This document shows, piece by piece, positions 11,176 through 21,906 of a DNA stretch of 64,000 nt. The stretch covers positions 96,001-160,000 of the forward strand of contig JBFMHR010000004.1 in NCBI GenBank assembly GCA_040751795.1, given 5' to 3'. Both the position numbers and the translations under genes were made by a program. Position 1 is the stretch's first letter. The number at the start of each line of letters is the position of its first letter. A model generated the notes under the pieces. That model ran no database searches. It was given only the letters and a program-made list of their open reading frames with translations, and had not been told where the DNA came from. The stretch is from Thermoplasmatota archaeon. Its GTDB lineage: Archaea > Thermoplasmatota > Thermoplasmata > UBA10834.

Positions 11176-12810
11176 TCAGTCCATGTCTCCCATGTCGCCG
11201 CCGGGCCCGCCGCCCGGTGGGCCCTTCGGGGCGCCGCCCTTGGACGCTATGACGTCGTCGATCCTGAGGATCATGACGGCCGCGTCCGTCGCGGAGCTGA
11301 TGGCCTGCCTTCCGACCCTGATTGGTTCGAGGACCTTCTCCTTCCTCATGTCGGCGATCTTGCCGGTGAAGACGTTCACGCCGGCGGTCTTCTTGCCCGC
11401 CTTGTGCGCCTGCCTCAGCTCAATCAGGATGTCGATCGGGTCCAGTCCGGCGTTCTCCGCCAGCGCTGTGGGTATGACCTCGAGGGCCGACGCGAACGCG
11501 TCTATGGCGATCTGCTCCCTGCCGCCGACCGACGCCGCGTAGTCCCTCAGCCTGAGGGCCAACTCGGTGGCTGCGGAGCCGCCGCCCGTGACCAGCTTCC
11601 CGTCCTCGAAGGCGACCGCGACGACGCTGATGGCGTCGTTCAGGGACCTGTCGATCTCGTCCACGACGTGCTCGGTGCCGCCCCTGATGAGTATGGACAC
11701 GGCCTTCGGGTTCTTGCAGCCCGTGACGAAGGTCATCCTGTCGTCCGCGATCTTCTTCTCTTCGACGAGCTTCGCCTCGCCGAGGTCGTCGGCCTTCAGG
11801 TCGTCCAGCTTCGTGACGAGGTTGGCGCCCGTGGCCTTCGCGAGCTTCTCCATGTCGCTCTTCTTGACCCTGCGCACGGCATATATCCCTGCCTTGGACA
11901 GGTAGTGCTGGGCGAGGTCGTCGATGCCCTTCTGGCAGAAGAGGACGGTCGCGCCCGACTTCTTGACGGTCTCGACCATCTTCTTGAGCATGTTCTCCTC
12001 CTCATCGAGGAACGCGTGCAGCTGGCTCGGGTCCGTGATCTCGATCTTCGCGTCGATCTCGGTCTTCTTGACCTCGAGCGCGGAATCGACGAGTGCGACC
12101 TTGGCCTTCTCGACCTTCTTCGGCATCGCCGGGTGCACTGCCTCCTTGTCGACTATGATCCCGGAGATCATCGTGGTGTCGTCCATCGAGCCGCCCTGCT
12201 TCTTGACGACCTGGATGTTGTCCTCGTCGACGACCCACTTCCCGCCCTCCTTCTTCTCCGCCACGGCGGAGATGGCGTCCACCGCCACCTTGGCCAGGAG
12301 CTCCCTGGAGGCTGCGACGCTCTTCGATATCATCGCGGTCTTCGCGATGTCCATGAGTGTGTCCTTGTCGTCCGGGGAGACGCCGATGGCGACCTCCTCG
12401 AGGTACTCCCTGGCCTTGTTGGCCGCGAGCCTGTAGCCGCCCGATATGACGGTCGGGTGGACGTTCTGCTCGATCAGCCCCTCGGCCTTCTTCAGCAGCT
12501 CACCTGTGAGGACGACTGCGGTCGTCGTCCCGTCGCCGCACTCCTCGTCCTGGGTCTTGGCGACCTCGACGATCATCTTGGCCGCCGGGTGCTCGACGTC
12601 GATCTCCTTCAGTATGGTCACACCGTCGTTGGTGATGACCACGTCGCCCATGCTGTCGACGAGCATCTTGTCCATGCCCCTCGGGCCCAAGGTGCTCCTG
12701 ACCGCATCGGCTATGGCCCTGGCGGCAGTGATGTTGTTGAACTGCGCGCCCTTGCCCTTGTCTCTCTTCGTTCCCTCCTTCAGTATAAGAACGGGTGTTT
12801 GGCCTATCAT
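11176..12810 (-). CDS. Thermosome (group II chaperonin) subunit
   Basis: [20 protein letters not shown] and a GM-rich tail. Confidence 0.97.
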   Translation of the reverse strand: MIGQTPVLILKEGTKRDKGKGAQFNNITAARAIADAVRSTLGPRGMDKMLVDSMGDVVITNDGVTILKEIDVEHPAAKMIVEVAKTQDEECGDGTTTAVVLTGELLKKAEGLIEQNVHPTVISGGYRLAANKAREYLEEVAIGVSPDDKDTLMDIAKTAMISKSVAASRELLAKVAVDAISAVAEKKEGGKWVVDEDNIQVVKKQGGSMDDTTMISGIIVDKEAVHPAMPKKVEKAKVALVDSALEVKKTEIDAKIEITDPSQLHAFLDEEENMLKKMVETVKKSGATVLFCQKGIDDLAQHYLSKAGIYAVRRVKKSDMEKLAKATGANLVTKLDDLKADDLGEAKLVEEKKIADDRMTFVTGCKNPKAVSILIRGGTEHVVDEIDRSLNDAISVVAVAFEDGKLVTGGGSAATELALRLRDYAASVGGREQIAIDAFASALEVIPTALAENAGLDPIDILIELRQAHKAGKKTAGVNVFTGKIADMRKEKVLEPIRVGRQAISSATDAAVMILRIDDVIASKGGAPKGPPGGGPGGDMGDMD

Positions 12811-13008
12811 TTCATACCTCCCAACTCTATCTGGACACGACTGTCCTTCGCCCTTCCTTTCACGGGTCGGGGCCCGTATATGTTAGTGCTTCTATATAAC
12901 TGTTATCGTGGCCTGATACGGCGCGGCCCCCGCCCCATAGCGGCCCCCGGGCACACCGTCACGGGGCACGGATATATCTAGGTGCTAGCCTTTCTGCGCC
13001 CCCTTGCT

Positions 13009-13614
13009 ATGAGGATCATCCCGCACCTCTCCCTGAGGGGGAGGACAGTTCTCCGACGCGCATACCCGCGCGCGGAGTGGGAGGAGCTGATCTCCCGCAT
13101 CTCGGCCGAGAACGAGATGCTATACGTCTCCGACGAGGACGGCATTGAGCGCAACAAGCCGCAGCTCGACCTCGCGAGGGAGATCTGCGACGAGGTCCCG
13201 ACGATGTACGAGGCGGGCGTGAGGCACGGGCAGAACGTCATCGACGTGATAATCGCGGGCGCGGAGAAGGCCGTCGTGGGGACGGCGACCCTCGCGGACC
13301 TCGACGAGCTGAGGACAGCATTTAAGTTGTCCGAGAACATTATACTAAAAGCGGACTACCGGGATGGGATACTAGGTTCTGACCCCTCGCTTGGTGGCAG
13401 AGCCTTCCTCGACCTCTCGCGGGACGTGCTGGACATAGGGATCGGCGAGATGGTCGTCCCTCTTCCACTGGCCTCGGAGGCGGCGCGGGCGAAGGAGGAG
13501 CACGGTTTCGTCCTCGGGGTGTTCGCGCCCAAGGCCGAGCAGTCCAGGATGGCGGACCTCGGCTTCGACTACATGGTAACGGAAGACCTCGGGAGCATCG
13601 ACGACGATGAGTGA
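13009..13614 (+). CDS. HisA/HisF-related TIM-barrel protein
   Basis: Barrel-like pattern with AGAEKAVVGT and D.DG....PQ; divergent from the thermosome gene. Confidence 0.55.
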   Translation: MRIIPHLSLRGRTVLRRAYPRAEWEELISRISAENEMLYVSDEDGIERNKPQLDLAREICDEVPTMYEAGVRHGQNVIDVIIAGAEKAVVGTATLADLDELRTAFKLSENIILKADYRDGILGSDPSLGGRAFLDLSRDVLDIGIGEMVVPLPLASEAARAKEEHGFVLGVFAPKAEQSRMADLGFDYMVTEDLGSIDDDE

Positions 13615-14092
13615 ACTTCAGAAGAGCATCGCAGTCCTTTACAGGAGCAAGGGGAAGGAGGAGCTCTCCGAGAAGGAGTTCGTCTTCTCGGCGTCCATGG
13701 ACCTGAGGTGGTTCTCGCCGAAGGAGGCACAGAGGCTCATGGAGGCGGGCATCTCGGGCGGGTACCTCGAGAGGAGGGACGGGAGGCTCGTCCCGACGTT
13801 CGACTTCTCCGGCGTCAGCGTCCCGGTGGACTACAGGCCCCCGAAGGAGGCCCTGGACGAGGTCTCGAGGAAGAACGCGGACCTGTTCACGGAGATCGTC
13901 GAGGCCATAGTCAAGGCGAGGTCCGTCCCCAAGCGCGAGGTCGTCTCGAGGGTGAACAGGGAGCAGGAGATGCTCGGGATAGACATAGAGCCCGCGGCCC
14001 TGCTCGTGGCGTCCACCTACGGCATCCAGATGGACATCGACTACCTCCAGCGCGCGGAGTCCGCGGTGCTCGGAAGGGACGTCGTAAGGTGA
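13607..14092 (+). CDS. DUF2240-like archaeal conserved protein
   Basis: EFVFSASMDLRWFSP.EA motif, recalled as DUF2240. Confidence 0.75.
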   Translation: MSELQKSIAVLYRSKGKEELSEKEFVFSASMDLRWFSPKEAQRLMEAGISGGYLERRDGRLVPTFDFSGVSVPVDYRPPKEALDEVSRKNADLFTEIVEAIVKARSVPKREVVSRVNREQEMLGIDIEPAALLVASTYGIQMDIDYLQRAESAVLGRDVVR

Positions 14093-14107
14093 GCCAGGCC
14101 CGTCCGG

Positions 14108-14596
14108 CTACTTCTCCATCTTGATCAGGTCCGCCAGGGTCAGCGCCCTCGGGCCCGACTCCTTGGCTGCCACGACGGCCGAGACCTTCTCCTTGAGGAC
14201 TATCCCCAGCTCCTTCTGCAGCTTCGAGATGAGCTTCTCGTCCGGCCTCATGTCCCCGGTCTCTATCTTGCTGAGCACCGTGACCCTCTCGTTGATCCTC
14301 GCGGCGAGGTCCTTCTGCGTCATCCCCCGCCTCTGCCTCGCGTCGCGGATCCTCGCGGCGAAGTCGTCGACGAGCTCCATCGACTCCTGCCCCGTGTAGA
14401 TGTCCCGGGGCTTCGCCCTCTTCTCCCGGACCTCGAGCCTCTGAGTGATGATCGGCTTCGGGCCCTCCTCCTTGGGCTGCTCTTTCCGGGCCTCCATGCC
14501 GAATTTTGCGCATTCGGCGCATACTTCAAGATGCACGCCCTCGATGGTCACTTTCTTGCAGAAAGTGACGTCCTTCCCGCACATCTCGCACAGCAT
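14108..14596 (-). CDS. mbf1: Archaeal multiprotein bridging factor 1 (Zn ribbon + HTH)
   Basis: CEMCG...C.EC ribbon, ELVDDF...IR.AR, HTH and TLADL tail; divergent from pan. Confidence 0.92.
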   Translation of the reverse strand: MLCEMCGKDVTFCKKVTIEGVHLEVCAECAKFGMEARKEQPKEEGPKPIITQRLEVREKRAKPRDIYTGQESMELVDDFAARIRDARQRRGMTQKDLAARINERVTVLSKIETGDMRPDEKLISKLQKELGIVLKEKVSAVVAAKESGPRALTLADLIKMEK

Positions 14597-14696
14597 CAAA
14601 ACCACATCGTTGGACGGAACCAGCAAAGGATAAATAGAGTATTTAACCTTATTACATTCGGAGTACTGAATAAACACTGGAACGGGGTGCACGGAG

Positions 14697-15905
14697 TTGT
14701 CGCAGGACCAATCCGCAGAGATGTTCGAGGAGATACAGAGGAGGATCTCGGTCCTCGAGGAGAGGAACCTCGAGCTGGTCGAGGAGGCCCGCCGGTCCGA
14801 GGGCGAGAAGCGGTTCGTCGAGGGCGAGCTGATAAGGCTGCAGAAGGAGCTCAAGAGGCTCAAGGCCGAGCTCGAGAGGCTCAAAACGCCCCCGCTCATC
14901 ATAGGGCAGATCAAGGACATACTCGCCGACGGCAGGGTCGTCGTCAAGAGCTCGACGGGCCCGGACTTCGTCGTCAGCACGTCCGACTACGTCTCGCCAG
15001 AGCTGCTCGTCGCGGGTGCGCGCGTGGCGCTCAACAAGCAGACCCTCGCGGTCATGGGCGTCCTGCCCCCGTCGCTGGACCCGGTCGTGGTCGGGGCGGA
15101 GATCATCACCAAGCCCGAGACCTCCTACGAGGAGATAGGCGGCCTCGAGGAGCAAATCGTCGAGATACGCGAGGCGGTAGAGGACCCGCTGCTCAGGCCC
15201 GAGCTGTACAAGAAGGTCGGCATCGACCCGCCGAAGGGGGTCCTGCTGGTGGGCCCGCCGGGCACGGGGAAGACCCTGCTCGCCAAGGCGGTCGCCAAGC
15301 AGACCAACGCCACGTTCATCAGGTTCGTCGGCTCAGAGCTGGTGCAGAAGTACATCGGCGAGGGCGCGAGGCTCGTCAGGGAGCTCTTCGACCTCGCGAG
15401 GCAGAAGGCCCCGTCGATAGTGTTCATCGACGAGCTGGACAGCGTCGGCGCCAAGAGGCTCGAGCTCGCCACCTCCGGGGACAGGGAGGTCCAGCGCACG
15501 CTCATGCAGCTCCTGGCCGAGCTCGACGGGTTCAACCCGCTGGGCGAGGTCAAGATCATAGGCGCCACGAACAGGCCCGACATACTCGACGAGGCCCTGC
15601 TCAGGCCGGGCAGGTTCGACAGGATCATCGAGATACCGGTGCCGAACCACGAGGCCCGCCACGACATATTCGCGATACACAGCAAGCGCATGAACCTGGA
15701 CGAGACGGTGAACTTCGAGGAGCTCGCCTCCAAGTCGGACGGGGCCACGGGGGCCGACATCAAGGCCGTGTGCACCGAGGCGGGCATGTTCGCCATCCGC
15801 GAGAACAGGGACATAGTCAGCATGGTCGACTTCGAGAAGGCCATCGCCAAGGTGCTCGACGAGGGCGTCCAGAAGGCGATGGAGTCGGGCCCGATGTTCG
15901 CCTGA
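14697..15905 (+). CDS. pan: Proteasome-activating nucleotidase
   Basis: N-terminal coiled coil, [25 protein letters not shown] and an HbYX-like MFA C-terminus. Confidence 0.96.
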   Translation: MSQDQSAEMFEEIQRRISVLEERNLELVEEARRSEGEKRFVEGELIRLQKELKRLKAELERLKTPPLIIGQIKDILADGRVVVKSSTGPDFVVSTSDYVSPELLVAGARVALNKQTLAVMGVLPPSLDPVVVGAEIITKPETSYEEIGGLEEQIVEIREAVEDPLLRPELYKKVGIDPPKGVLLVGPPGTGKTLLAKAVAKQTNATFIRFVGSELVQKYIGEGARLVRELFDLARQKAPSIVFIDELDSVGAKRLELATSGDREVQRTLMQLLAELDGFNPLGEVKIIGATNRPDILDEALLRPGRFDRIIEIPVPNHEARHDIFAIHSKRMNLDETVNFEELASKSDGATGADIKAVCTEAGMFAIRENRDIVSMVDFEKAIAKVLDEGVQKAMESGPMFA

Positions 15906-15930
15906 GGGCAGGCGGGGACCGGGTGCGGGC

Positions 15931-16089
15931 TCACCCGCCCGCGCCCTCCTCCAGGTCCTTCTCGACCACGAAGGCGCCTATGTAGCCGCACTTCTTGCAG
16001 TGGTACTTGTACCCCGTGATGAGCGCGGCCTCGTAGTAGAGGTCGGCCGAGCCGCACTGGGGGCACGTGAGGACCCGCCTAGGCCCCAT
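15931..16089 (-). CDS. Small zinc-finger protein
   Basis: CPQCGS...YHCKKCGY; GGAGG RBS upstream of ATG 16089. Confidence 0.7.
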   Translation of the reverse strand: MGPRRVLTCPQCGSADLYYEAALITGYKYHCKKCGYIGAFVVEKDLEEGAGG

Positions 16090-16172
16090 CTTCCTCCGGC
16101 GCCGCGAGAACATAGATATCGTCCAGCGCCATTCACCGTCCTGCGCCATACTAAATGGCTTCGGTGATCTCC

Positions 16173-17600
16173 ATGGCAGCGCGGTTCGAACCCTTCTCCA
16201 GCGACGATATCGAGAGGATGCACGACGCGACCGTGAGGGTGCTCGAGAGGACGGGTGTGAAGGTCCTCGCGGACGAGGCGGTGAGCCTCCTCACAGGGGC
16301 GGGGGCCAGCTATGACAAGGCCGCCCGCGTCGCGAGGATCCCGGAGCGCGTGCTCATGGGGAGCATCTCCGCGGCGCCGTCGAGTTTCAGGCTGCACTCC
16401 AGGGACGGGAAGCACGCCATCTCGTTCGGCGAGGGCAAGGTCCACCTGAGCAGCATGGGCACCGCGGTGAATGTGGAGGGGCTCGACGGCGTCGTGAGGC
16501 CCTCGACGGCGAAGGACCTCGTGGACTTCCTGAGGCTGACCGACGCGCTGCCGAACATCGACCACTCGTCGTGGACGTGCTGGCCCAGGGACGTCCCCGA
16601 GCGCATCGCACCCCTCGAGGCGATTCGCCTCTCGTTCCTCCACTCCAACAAGACCGTCGACGGCTGGAACTGGGGAAGGGGGGCTACCGAGGAGTCCGTC
16701 GAGCTGGCCGCCATCGTCGCGGGGGGGAGGGAGGCGCTCGCCGAGAGGCCCCTCATGCTGGGCTTCGCGAACCCGGTCAGCCCGCTCACTCTCTCCAAGG
16801 AGTCGACGGAGGGCCTCATATCGTACGCGAGGGCGGGACAGCCGTGCGTCTACCCGCCCGAGTGCATGGCCGGGGGGACCTCCCCTGCGACCATCGCTGG
16901 CCTGCTCGTGCAGCAGAACGCGGAGGTCCTCGCCTCCATCATGGTCGCCCAGCTGGCGAGCCCGGGCGCCCCCTCCATTTACAGCAGCGTCTCCGGGACG
17001 ATGGACATGCGCACCGGTTCGATCGCCCTCGGGGGTCCCGAGATAGGCCTGATAATGGCCGGGACCGCCCAGCTCGCGAGGCGCTACAAGGTGCCGTGCC
17101 GGGGGACCGGCGGGAACACGGAGTCGATGCTCCCCGACTACCAGGCCGGGGCCGAGACCGCCAACACCCTCCTCATGGCGGCGCTCAGCGGGATCGACTT
17201 CGTCTACGACGCCGCGGGCAGCATCGAGTCCAGCCTCACCGCGAGCTTCACGAAGCTGGTCCTCGACGACGCCGTGTGCGGGGGCGTCAGGAGGATACTG
17301 TCAGGGGTGGAGGTCGACGAGGAGTCCCTGGCCGTCGAGGTCATCGAGTCCGCGGGGCCGAAGGGCGCCTTCCTGAGCCACCCCCACACCCTGAGGCACT
17401 TCAGGGGCGAGGCGTACGTGCCGCCCCTGTTCTGGCGCGGCTCGCGGTCCGCCTGGACCGACAGGGACATAGTCGAGAAGGCGCGGCGCAGGGCGAGGGA
17501 GATACTGGCCGGGCACGAGGTCGCCGTCCCGCTCGACCCAGACGTCGACCGCAGGATGGTCGAGTACATCAAGTCGGTCTCGAAGAGGCCGCGGTCCTGA
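16173..17600 (+). CDS. Trimethylamine methyltransferase (MttB) superfamily protein, non-pyrrolysine
   Basis: SPLT, MAGGTSPATIAG, NAEVLA, DMRTG and PDYQAG.E motifs; no in-frame amber codon. Confidence 0.88.
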   Translation: MAARFEPFSSDDIERMHDATVRVLERTGVKVLADEAVSLLTGAGASYDKAARVARIPERVLMGSISAAPSSFRLHSRDGKHAISFGEGKVHLSSMGTAVNVEGLDGVVRPSTAKDLVDFLRLTDALPNIDHSSWTCWPRDVPERIAPLEAIRLSFLHSNKTVDGWNWGRGATEESVELAAIVAGGREALAERPLMLGFANPVSPLTLSKESTEGLISYARAGQPCVYPPECMAGGTSPATIAGLLVQQNAEVLASIMVAQLASPGAPSIYSSVSGTMDMRTGSIALGGPEIGLIMAGTAQLARRYKVPCRGTGGNTESMLPDYQAGAETANTLLMAALSGIDFVYDAAGSIESSLTASFTKLVLDDAVCGGVRRILSGVEVDEESLAVEVIESAGPKGAFLSHPHTLRHFRGEAYVPPLFWRGSRSAWTDRDIVEKARRRAREILAGHEVAVPLDPDVDRRMVEYIKSVSKRPRS

Positions 17601-17603
17601 GCG

Positions 17604-18884
17604 TCAGTACTGGCTCATCTCGGCCTTCATGAACTCCCTCAGGAGGCAGGTGGCGTAGCAGCCCTTGTTGAGCGAGAACCTGAACACGGCGTGGCCCTCG
17701 CCGAAGTCGACCTCCAGGTCCCTGTAGGGCGCCAGGAGCTCCCTCCTGGTGCCCTTCGACGAGGCCTCCCCCAGGCCGACGATCTGGAAGTCCGTCTTGG
17801 ATATGCCCTCGCGCGCGACGACCCCCCTCTCTATCTCCCCCATCGGCCCGTCCGCGAAGGCCGACTCGGTGCCGTAGAGGAGGCCGCTCACGAAGGCCTT
17901 CCCCTCCCTGGCGTTCCTCCTGGCCTTCTCGAGGTTGTCGGCCGTGACCGGGATCGGGGAGTCGTGGTCCGGCAGGCGGTTCTTGTCGAGAGGGAGCACG
18001 AGGTCGCCGACCTCCGGGTCCCTCAGGGACATGCCCCTCCTGACCCTCTCGCTCAGCATCTGGTTGAACAGGTAGGACTGGTAGGCGTGGACGAACATCA
18101 TCAGGAGGTTCTGCGGCAGCGTCTTCAGGGCCCCGAGGTAGTCGCCCGGCCTCTCCACGAGGTGCCTGATCAGCGTCCTCTCAAAGGTCAGCTTCATCGG
18201 GAACTCCCTGAGGGCGGCCTCGAAGTCCCGCGATCCCTGGAGGCGCCTCCTGGCCTCGGTGACCTCCGAGTCCTCCATGAGCGGGTTGGCCACGTACCTC
18301 ATGACCGCGCCCTCGAAGTCCCCCCTGGTGAGGTCCTTCCCTATCAGGTGGGTTATGGGCCTCACGGAGCCGAAGCGCTGGACCCCGAAGTAGTTCGGGA
18401 ACCCGCCCACGGCGTCCAGCGCCCGCCTGACCCTCTCGCAGGAGTCCCTGGCGTCGACGGCCGGGTCGGTGTCGGAGACCTTGATGGTGAACCTGTTGCC
18501 GATGAGGTCCCCGATCTCTATCATCCTCCGGGCCCTGTAGGCGTCCGTGACCCTCACGTCGGGTATCGTGAGCCCCTGGACGGCCTCCAGCGGGGCGTTG
18601 AACGACATCAGCTGGGTGGCGACCGCCCTCCCGTCCTTGGTCCCCGCGAAGCCTATGCGCGACCTGCCGACGTGGAGGTTCGAGGCGAGCCTCCTCACCA
18701 GCCTGTTGGCCTCCCAGTTCCTGTGCCAGACCCTGGCCACGACGAACCTGCCGTCCGCCGACTCCGGGGGCATGACGGATATCTCGTCGACGACGAAGTC
18801 CTCGGGGGCCTTCTTGAGCTTCCCCCCGATGCCTGGGACCCCCTCGGTGAGGAACAGCTCCATGCCGAGGTCGCTCTCGTCCAT
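17604..18884 (-). CDS. truD: tRNA pseudouridine(13) synthase
   Basis: PEDFVVDE, FAGTKD, GNRF, NYFGVQRFG and F.L.KG.YAT motifs. Confidence 0.95.
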   Translation of the reverse strand: MDESDLGMELFLTEGVPGIGGKLKKAPEDFVVDEISVMPPESADGRFVVARVWHRNWEANRLVRRLASNLHVGRSRIGFAGTKDGRAVATQLMSFNAPLEAVQGLTIPDVRVTDAYRARRMIEIGDLIGNRFTIKVSDTDPAVDARDSCERVRRALDAVGGFPNYFGVQRFGSVRPITHLIGKDLTRGDFEGAVMRYVANPLMEDSEVTEARRRLQGSRDFEAALREFPMKLTFERTLIRHLVERPGDYLGALKTLPQNLLMMFVHAYQSYLFNQMLSERVRRGMSLRDPEVGDLVLPLDKNRLPDHDSPIPVTADNLEKARRNAREGKAFVSGLLYGTESAFADGPMGEIERGVVAREGISKTDFQIVGLGEASSKGTRRELLAPYRDLEVDFGEGHAVFRFSLNKGCYATCLLREFMKAEMSQY

Positions 18885-18922
18885 AGGGGTGTGAAGGGGT
18901 TGCGGGATAAAAGAATCGGGGC

Positions 18923-19198
18923 TCAGCCCAGCTGTTTCTCTATCAGCTGCCTCGCCTCGACGTACTGGTTCACCAGGGACTTGGCCGCCTTCTTCAGGGC
19001 CGCCTGCGGCTTCCCGTCGTTCACCCTGACGAGCAGGACCGGCTTGTCCAGCTGCGGGTGCCCGGTGGTGTACCTCGCGTCGGCGACGTTCTTGTCCTGG
19101 AGCAGCTCGTGTATCAGAGGGTAGATCAGGGTCTCGTCCGCGTCGAGGATCTCGACCTTGATGCTGTCCTTCTTCTTGTCTACCAGCTTGAACTCCAT
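18923..19198 (-). CDS. rpoL: RNA polymerase subunit L (Rpo11)
   Basis: 91 aa with ETL...L, A.Y...HP motif. Confidence 0.8.
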   Translation of the reverse strand: MEFKLVDKKKDSIKVEILDADETLIYPLIHELLQDKNVADARYTTGHPQLDKPVLLVRVNDGKPQAALKKAAKSLVNQYVEARQLIEKQLG

Positions 19199-19291
19199 GG
19201 TTACCGGTTTCACTCGTATGGGTAGGTGGTTCATAAAGCTTACTGAGGCCCCGGAGGGCCTCCCGGCACGGTCCAGCGACGCGCTGGCCCC

Positions 19292-19531
19292 TCACTTCGC
19301 CTTCTTCCGCTTCGCCCCGCCCTTGGCCCTCTTCCCGCCCTTCGCCTTGGCGGGCTTGGCCCTCATGAAGTCCTCGGGCCTCGCTGGGGCGGCTATGACG
19401 ACCTGCCTGTTCCTGGGGTACATCGTCCCGCACATCCTGCAGACGTCGACCTCGCACCACCGGGCGTCGGATGTCGCTATCAGCTTGATTATGCACGCGC
19501 CTCTGCACACGGGGCACTCTTGCGTTGCCAT
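19292..19531 (-). CDS. Small Zn-ribbon protein with basic tail
   Basis: CPVC...CRMC and a Lys/Ala-rich C-terminus; lies between hef and rpoL in the same orientation. Confidence 0.6.
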   Translation of the reverse strand: MATQECPVCRGACIIKLIATSDARWCEVDVCRMCGTMYPRNRQVVIAAPARPEDFMRAKPAKAKGGKRAKGGAKRKKAK

Positions 19532-19533
19532 TC

Positions 19534-21843
19534 TCAGCCCTCCTCGAACTTCCTGCGCATCGTGGTATGAATCCCTTCGGCGATAACCTTTCCGATGCCC
19601 TCGACCCCCATCAGCTCATCGACGGAGGCGTCGGCGACCCCCTTGACGCTCCCGAAGCGCCTCAGGAGCCTCTCCGCGAGCGTGGCGGAGACGTTGGGTA
19701 GCCCCTGCACCAGGAACATCTGCCTGCCCGCGTGGTCCAGGGTGGTCTGGGTCCCCCTCCCGGCCCTCCCCCTGGCCTCCTCCTGGCTGTGCATCGAGGC
19801 GACGGCCGAGGCGGTCTGGGCCGCGTCGTTCGTCGAGAGGACCGTCATCCTGAACTCGGAGAGGAGCGAGCTCAGGTAGTCGTACACGGCGGAGTTGCCC
19901 TCCTGGGAGCCCCTCCCCTCGGCCTCCCCCTGCACTATGAGCACGGGGTGGATGTAGGCCTGCCTGAGCTTCGCGAGCGCGGCCATCATCGACCCGTCGT
20001 TCACGTCGGAGATGAAACCCTCCACGGTCCTGAAGGCGACCGCGACCCTCCCGGAGACCACGATGTCCGCCGCCTCGAGTTCCTCCTCGCGGGGGGCGAA
20101 CCCCTCCGCGGCGAGCGCCCCGGCCAGCCCCGAGCGGGCCACCCTGCCCGACACGGCGAGCGCGGCACCACCCTTGAACTCCCCCAGGGACTTCTGCCCC
20201 CTCTGCTCCGCGGTCTTCTGCGCCAGCTCCTCGCGCGCGTTCGGCGCCTCCGGGGTGAGCATGTCCTCGAGCTGCACCCTCGTGAGGGCCTCCTTGCGCC
20301 GCGGCTCCTCGGGGAGCCCCCTCCGGGCGCGCAGCTTCCTCTTGAGGGCGTCGAGCTCCCTGCGCATCTGCATCTCCTTCTTCCTGCTCGACCAGAAGTA
20401 CGCCTCGTCCTTGGTGTCCCTGGTCACGAACATGACCACGCGCCCGGCCTGCCTCCTGCCGGTCCTCCCCCTCCTCTGGATGGTCCTGATCTCGGACGGG
20501 ACGGGCTCGTAGAAGACGACAAGGTCGGTGGTCGGGATGTCGAGCCCCTCCTCGGCGATGGAGGTCGCGACGAGCACGTTGTGCTCACCCGCCCTGAACC
20601 TGTCTATGATCTCCTTCTGCTCCCTCTGGTTGAGTCCGACGTCCTCGCCCCTGCTGGACTGGCCGACGAACCTGACGGGCCTCAGTCCTTCGACCGACGC
20701 CAGCTTCTGGGTCAGGAGGTCGCACGTGTCGCGGTAGTGGGTGAAGACGATTGCCCTCGAGTCCGGCTTGGTGGCGAACTGCCCCTTCAGTATCGGGACG
20801 ATCTTCTCGAGCTTCGGGTGCTCCCTCTGCTGGCCGTAGAGGAGGGTGCGGGCCTGCTGGAACCTCGCGTCCTTCACCAGGTCCCGCGAAGCCTTCGGCC
20901 CCCCCTTCTCCTGGCCCTGCTTGACGAGCTTGTCGAAGTACCCTTCCAGGGCCCCCTTGCCCTGGGTCTGGGCGAGCTCGATCCCGTGGTTGATCTTCAT
21001 CGCGAGCGAGTTGGCGCTCGCGGTCTGGAATAGGTGGAAGTTCTTGGTGCCAGCGTCCAGCTTGGCCCTGATGACCCTGCCCGCCTCGAGCAGGTCGCGG
21101 GTGGTCGGCGGTTTCTTGGGGTCCAGGTACCCCTGCGCCCTGAGCTTCGCGACCTGGTCGTCCAGGATGCGCTGGAGGAGGTAGATCACGCGCCCCATCT
21201 CCTCCGGCATGGAGACGCCGATGAACTCCGTCTTCACGTCCTGGGTGTACTTCACGACGTCCTCGTCGAGCTCGGACCTGATCTCGACGTTGGTCATCCC
21301 GAGGTTCTCGCACACCTCGGCGATCTTGGAGACGTCGGACCCGGGCGACGCCGTCATGCCGAGGGCCAGCCCGCCGGATTCGGAGAAGCGCTTCCCGATG
21401 GACACGTACGCGTAGTCGCCGACGGCCCTGTGTGCCTCGTCGAAGACTATCAGGGAGACGCCCTTGAGGGAGATCCTCCCCTCCGCGAGGTCGTTCTCTA
21501 TGACCTGCGGGGTCGAGACGACGACCCTGCCGGAGCCCCAGAGGTCCTCCCTCTTCGATGGGCTGACCTCCCCGGTGAACATGACCGGCTCGTGCCCGAG
21601 GAGGTGCTCCCTGAGGAACTTGGAGTGCTGCTCCACGAGGGGCTTCGTGGGAGCCATGAGAAGGACCTTGCCGTCCGTCTTGGCCAGGGTCTCCGCGATG
21701 ACGATTAGCGCCACCACGGTCTTGCCCATGCCCGTCGGGAGCACCACCAGGGTGGACTCGGTGAGCGCGGCCCTGGCGATGTTGACCTGGTAGTCCCTCT
21801 CCTCGACGCTGCCTGGCCTTATGAGCTGATGCTCCACCGACAC
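19534..21843 (-). CDS. hef: Hef/FANCM-like SF2 helicase with ERCC4-like and HhH C-terminus
   Basis: PTGMGKT, DEAH, TASPG, EEGLDIP, QRRGRTGR and C-terminal HhH2 (GIGK). Confidence 0.92.
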   Translation of the reverse strand: MSVEHQLIRPGSVEERDYQVNIARAALTESTLVVLPTGMGKTVVALIVIAETLAKTDGKVLLMAPTKPLVEQHSKFLREHLLGHEPVMFTGEVSPSKREDLWGSGRVVVSTPQVIENDLAEGRISLKGVSLIVFDEAHRAVGDYAYVSIGKRFSESGGLALGMTASPGSDVSKIAEVCENLGMTNVEIRSELDEDVVKYTQDVKTEFIGVSMPEEMGRVIYLLQRILDDQVAKLRAQGYLDPKKPPTTRDLLEAGRVIRAKLDAGTKNFHLFQTASANSLAMKINHGIELAQTQGKGALEGYFDKLVKQGQEKGGPKASRDLVKDARFQQARTLLYGQQREHPKLEKIVPILKGQFATKPDSRAIVFTHYRDTCDLLTQKLASVEGLRPVRFVGQSSRGEDVGLNQREQKEIIDRFRAGEHNVLVATSIAEEGLDIPTTDLVVFYEPVPSEIRTIQRRGRTGRRQAGRVVMFVTRDTKDEAYFWSSRKKEMQMRRELDALKRKLRARRGLPEEPRRKEALTRVQLEDMLTPEAPNAREELAQKTAEQRGQKSLGEFKGGAALAVSGRVARSGLAGALAAEGFAPREEELEAADIVVSGRVAVAFRTVEGFISDVNDGSMMAALAKLRQAYIHPVLIVQGEAEGRGSQEGNSAVYDYLSSLLSEFRMTVLSTNDAAQTASAVASMHSQEEARGRAGRGTQTTLDHAGRQMFLVQGLPNVSATLAERLLRRFGSVKGVADASVDELMGVEGIGKVIAEGIHTTMRRKFEEG

Positions 21844-21906
21844 AGGCCTTCGAGAACGCCACGTGGGTATGAATGTTTCCCATCAGGTGGCACGAATGTA
21901 GTGCGC

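Noticed and set aside
16173-17600. Pyrrolysine read-through in the MttB homologue
   Set aside because: The ORF is continuous with no in-frame TAG.
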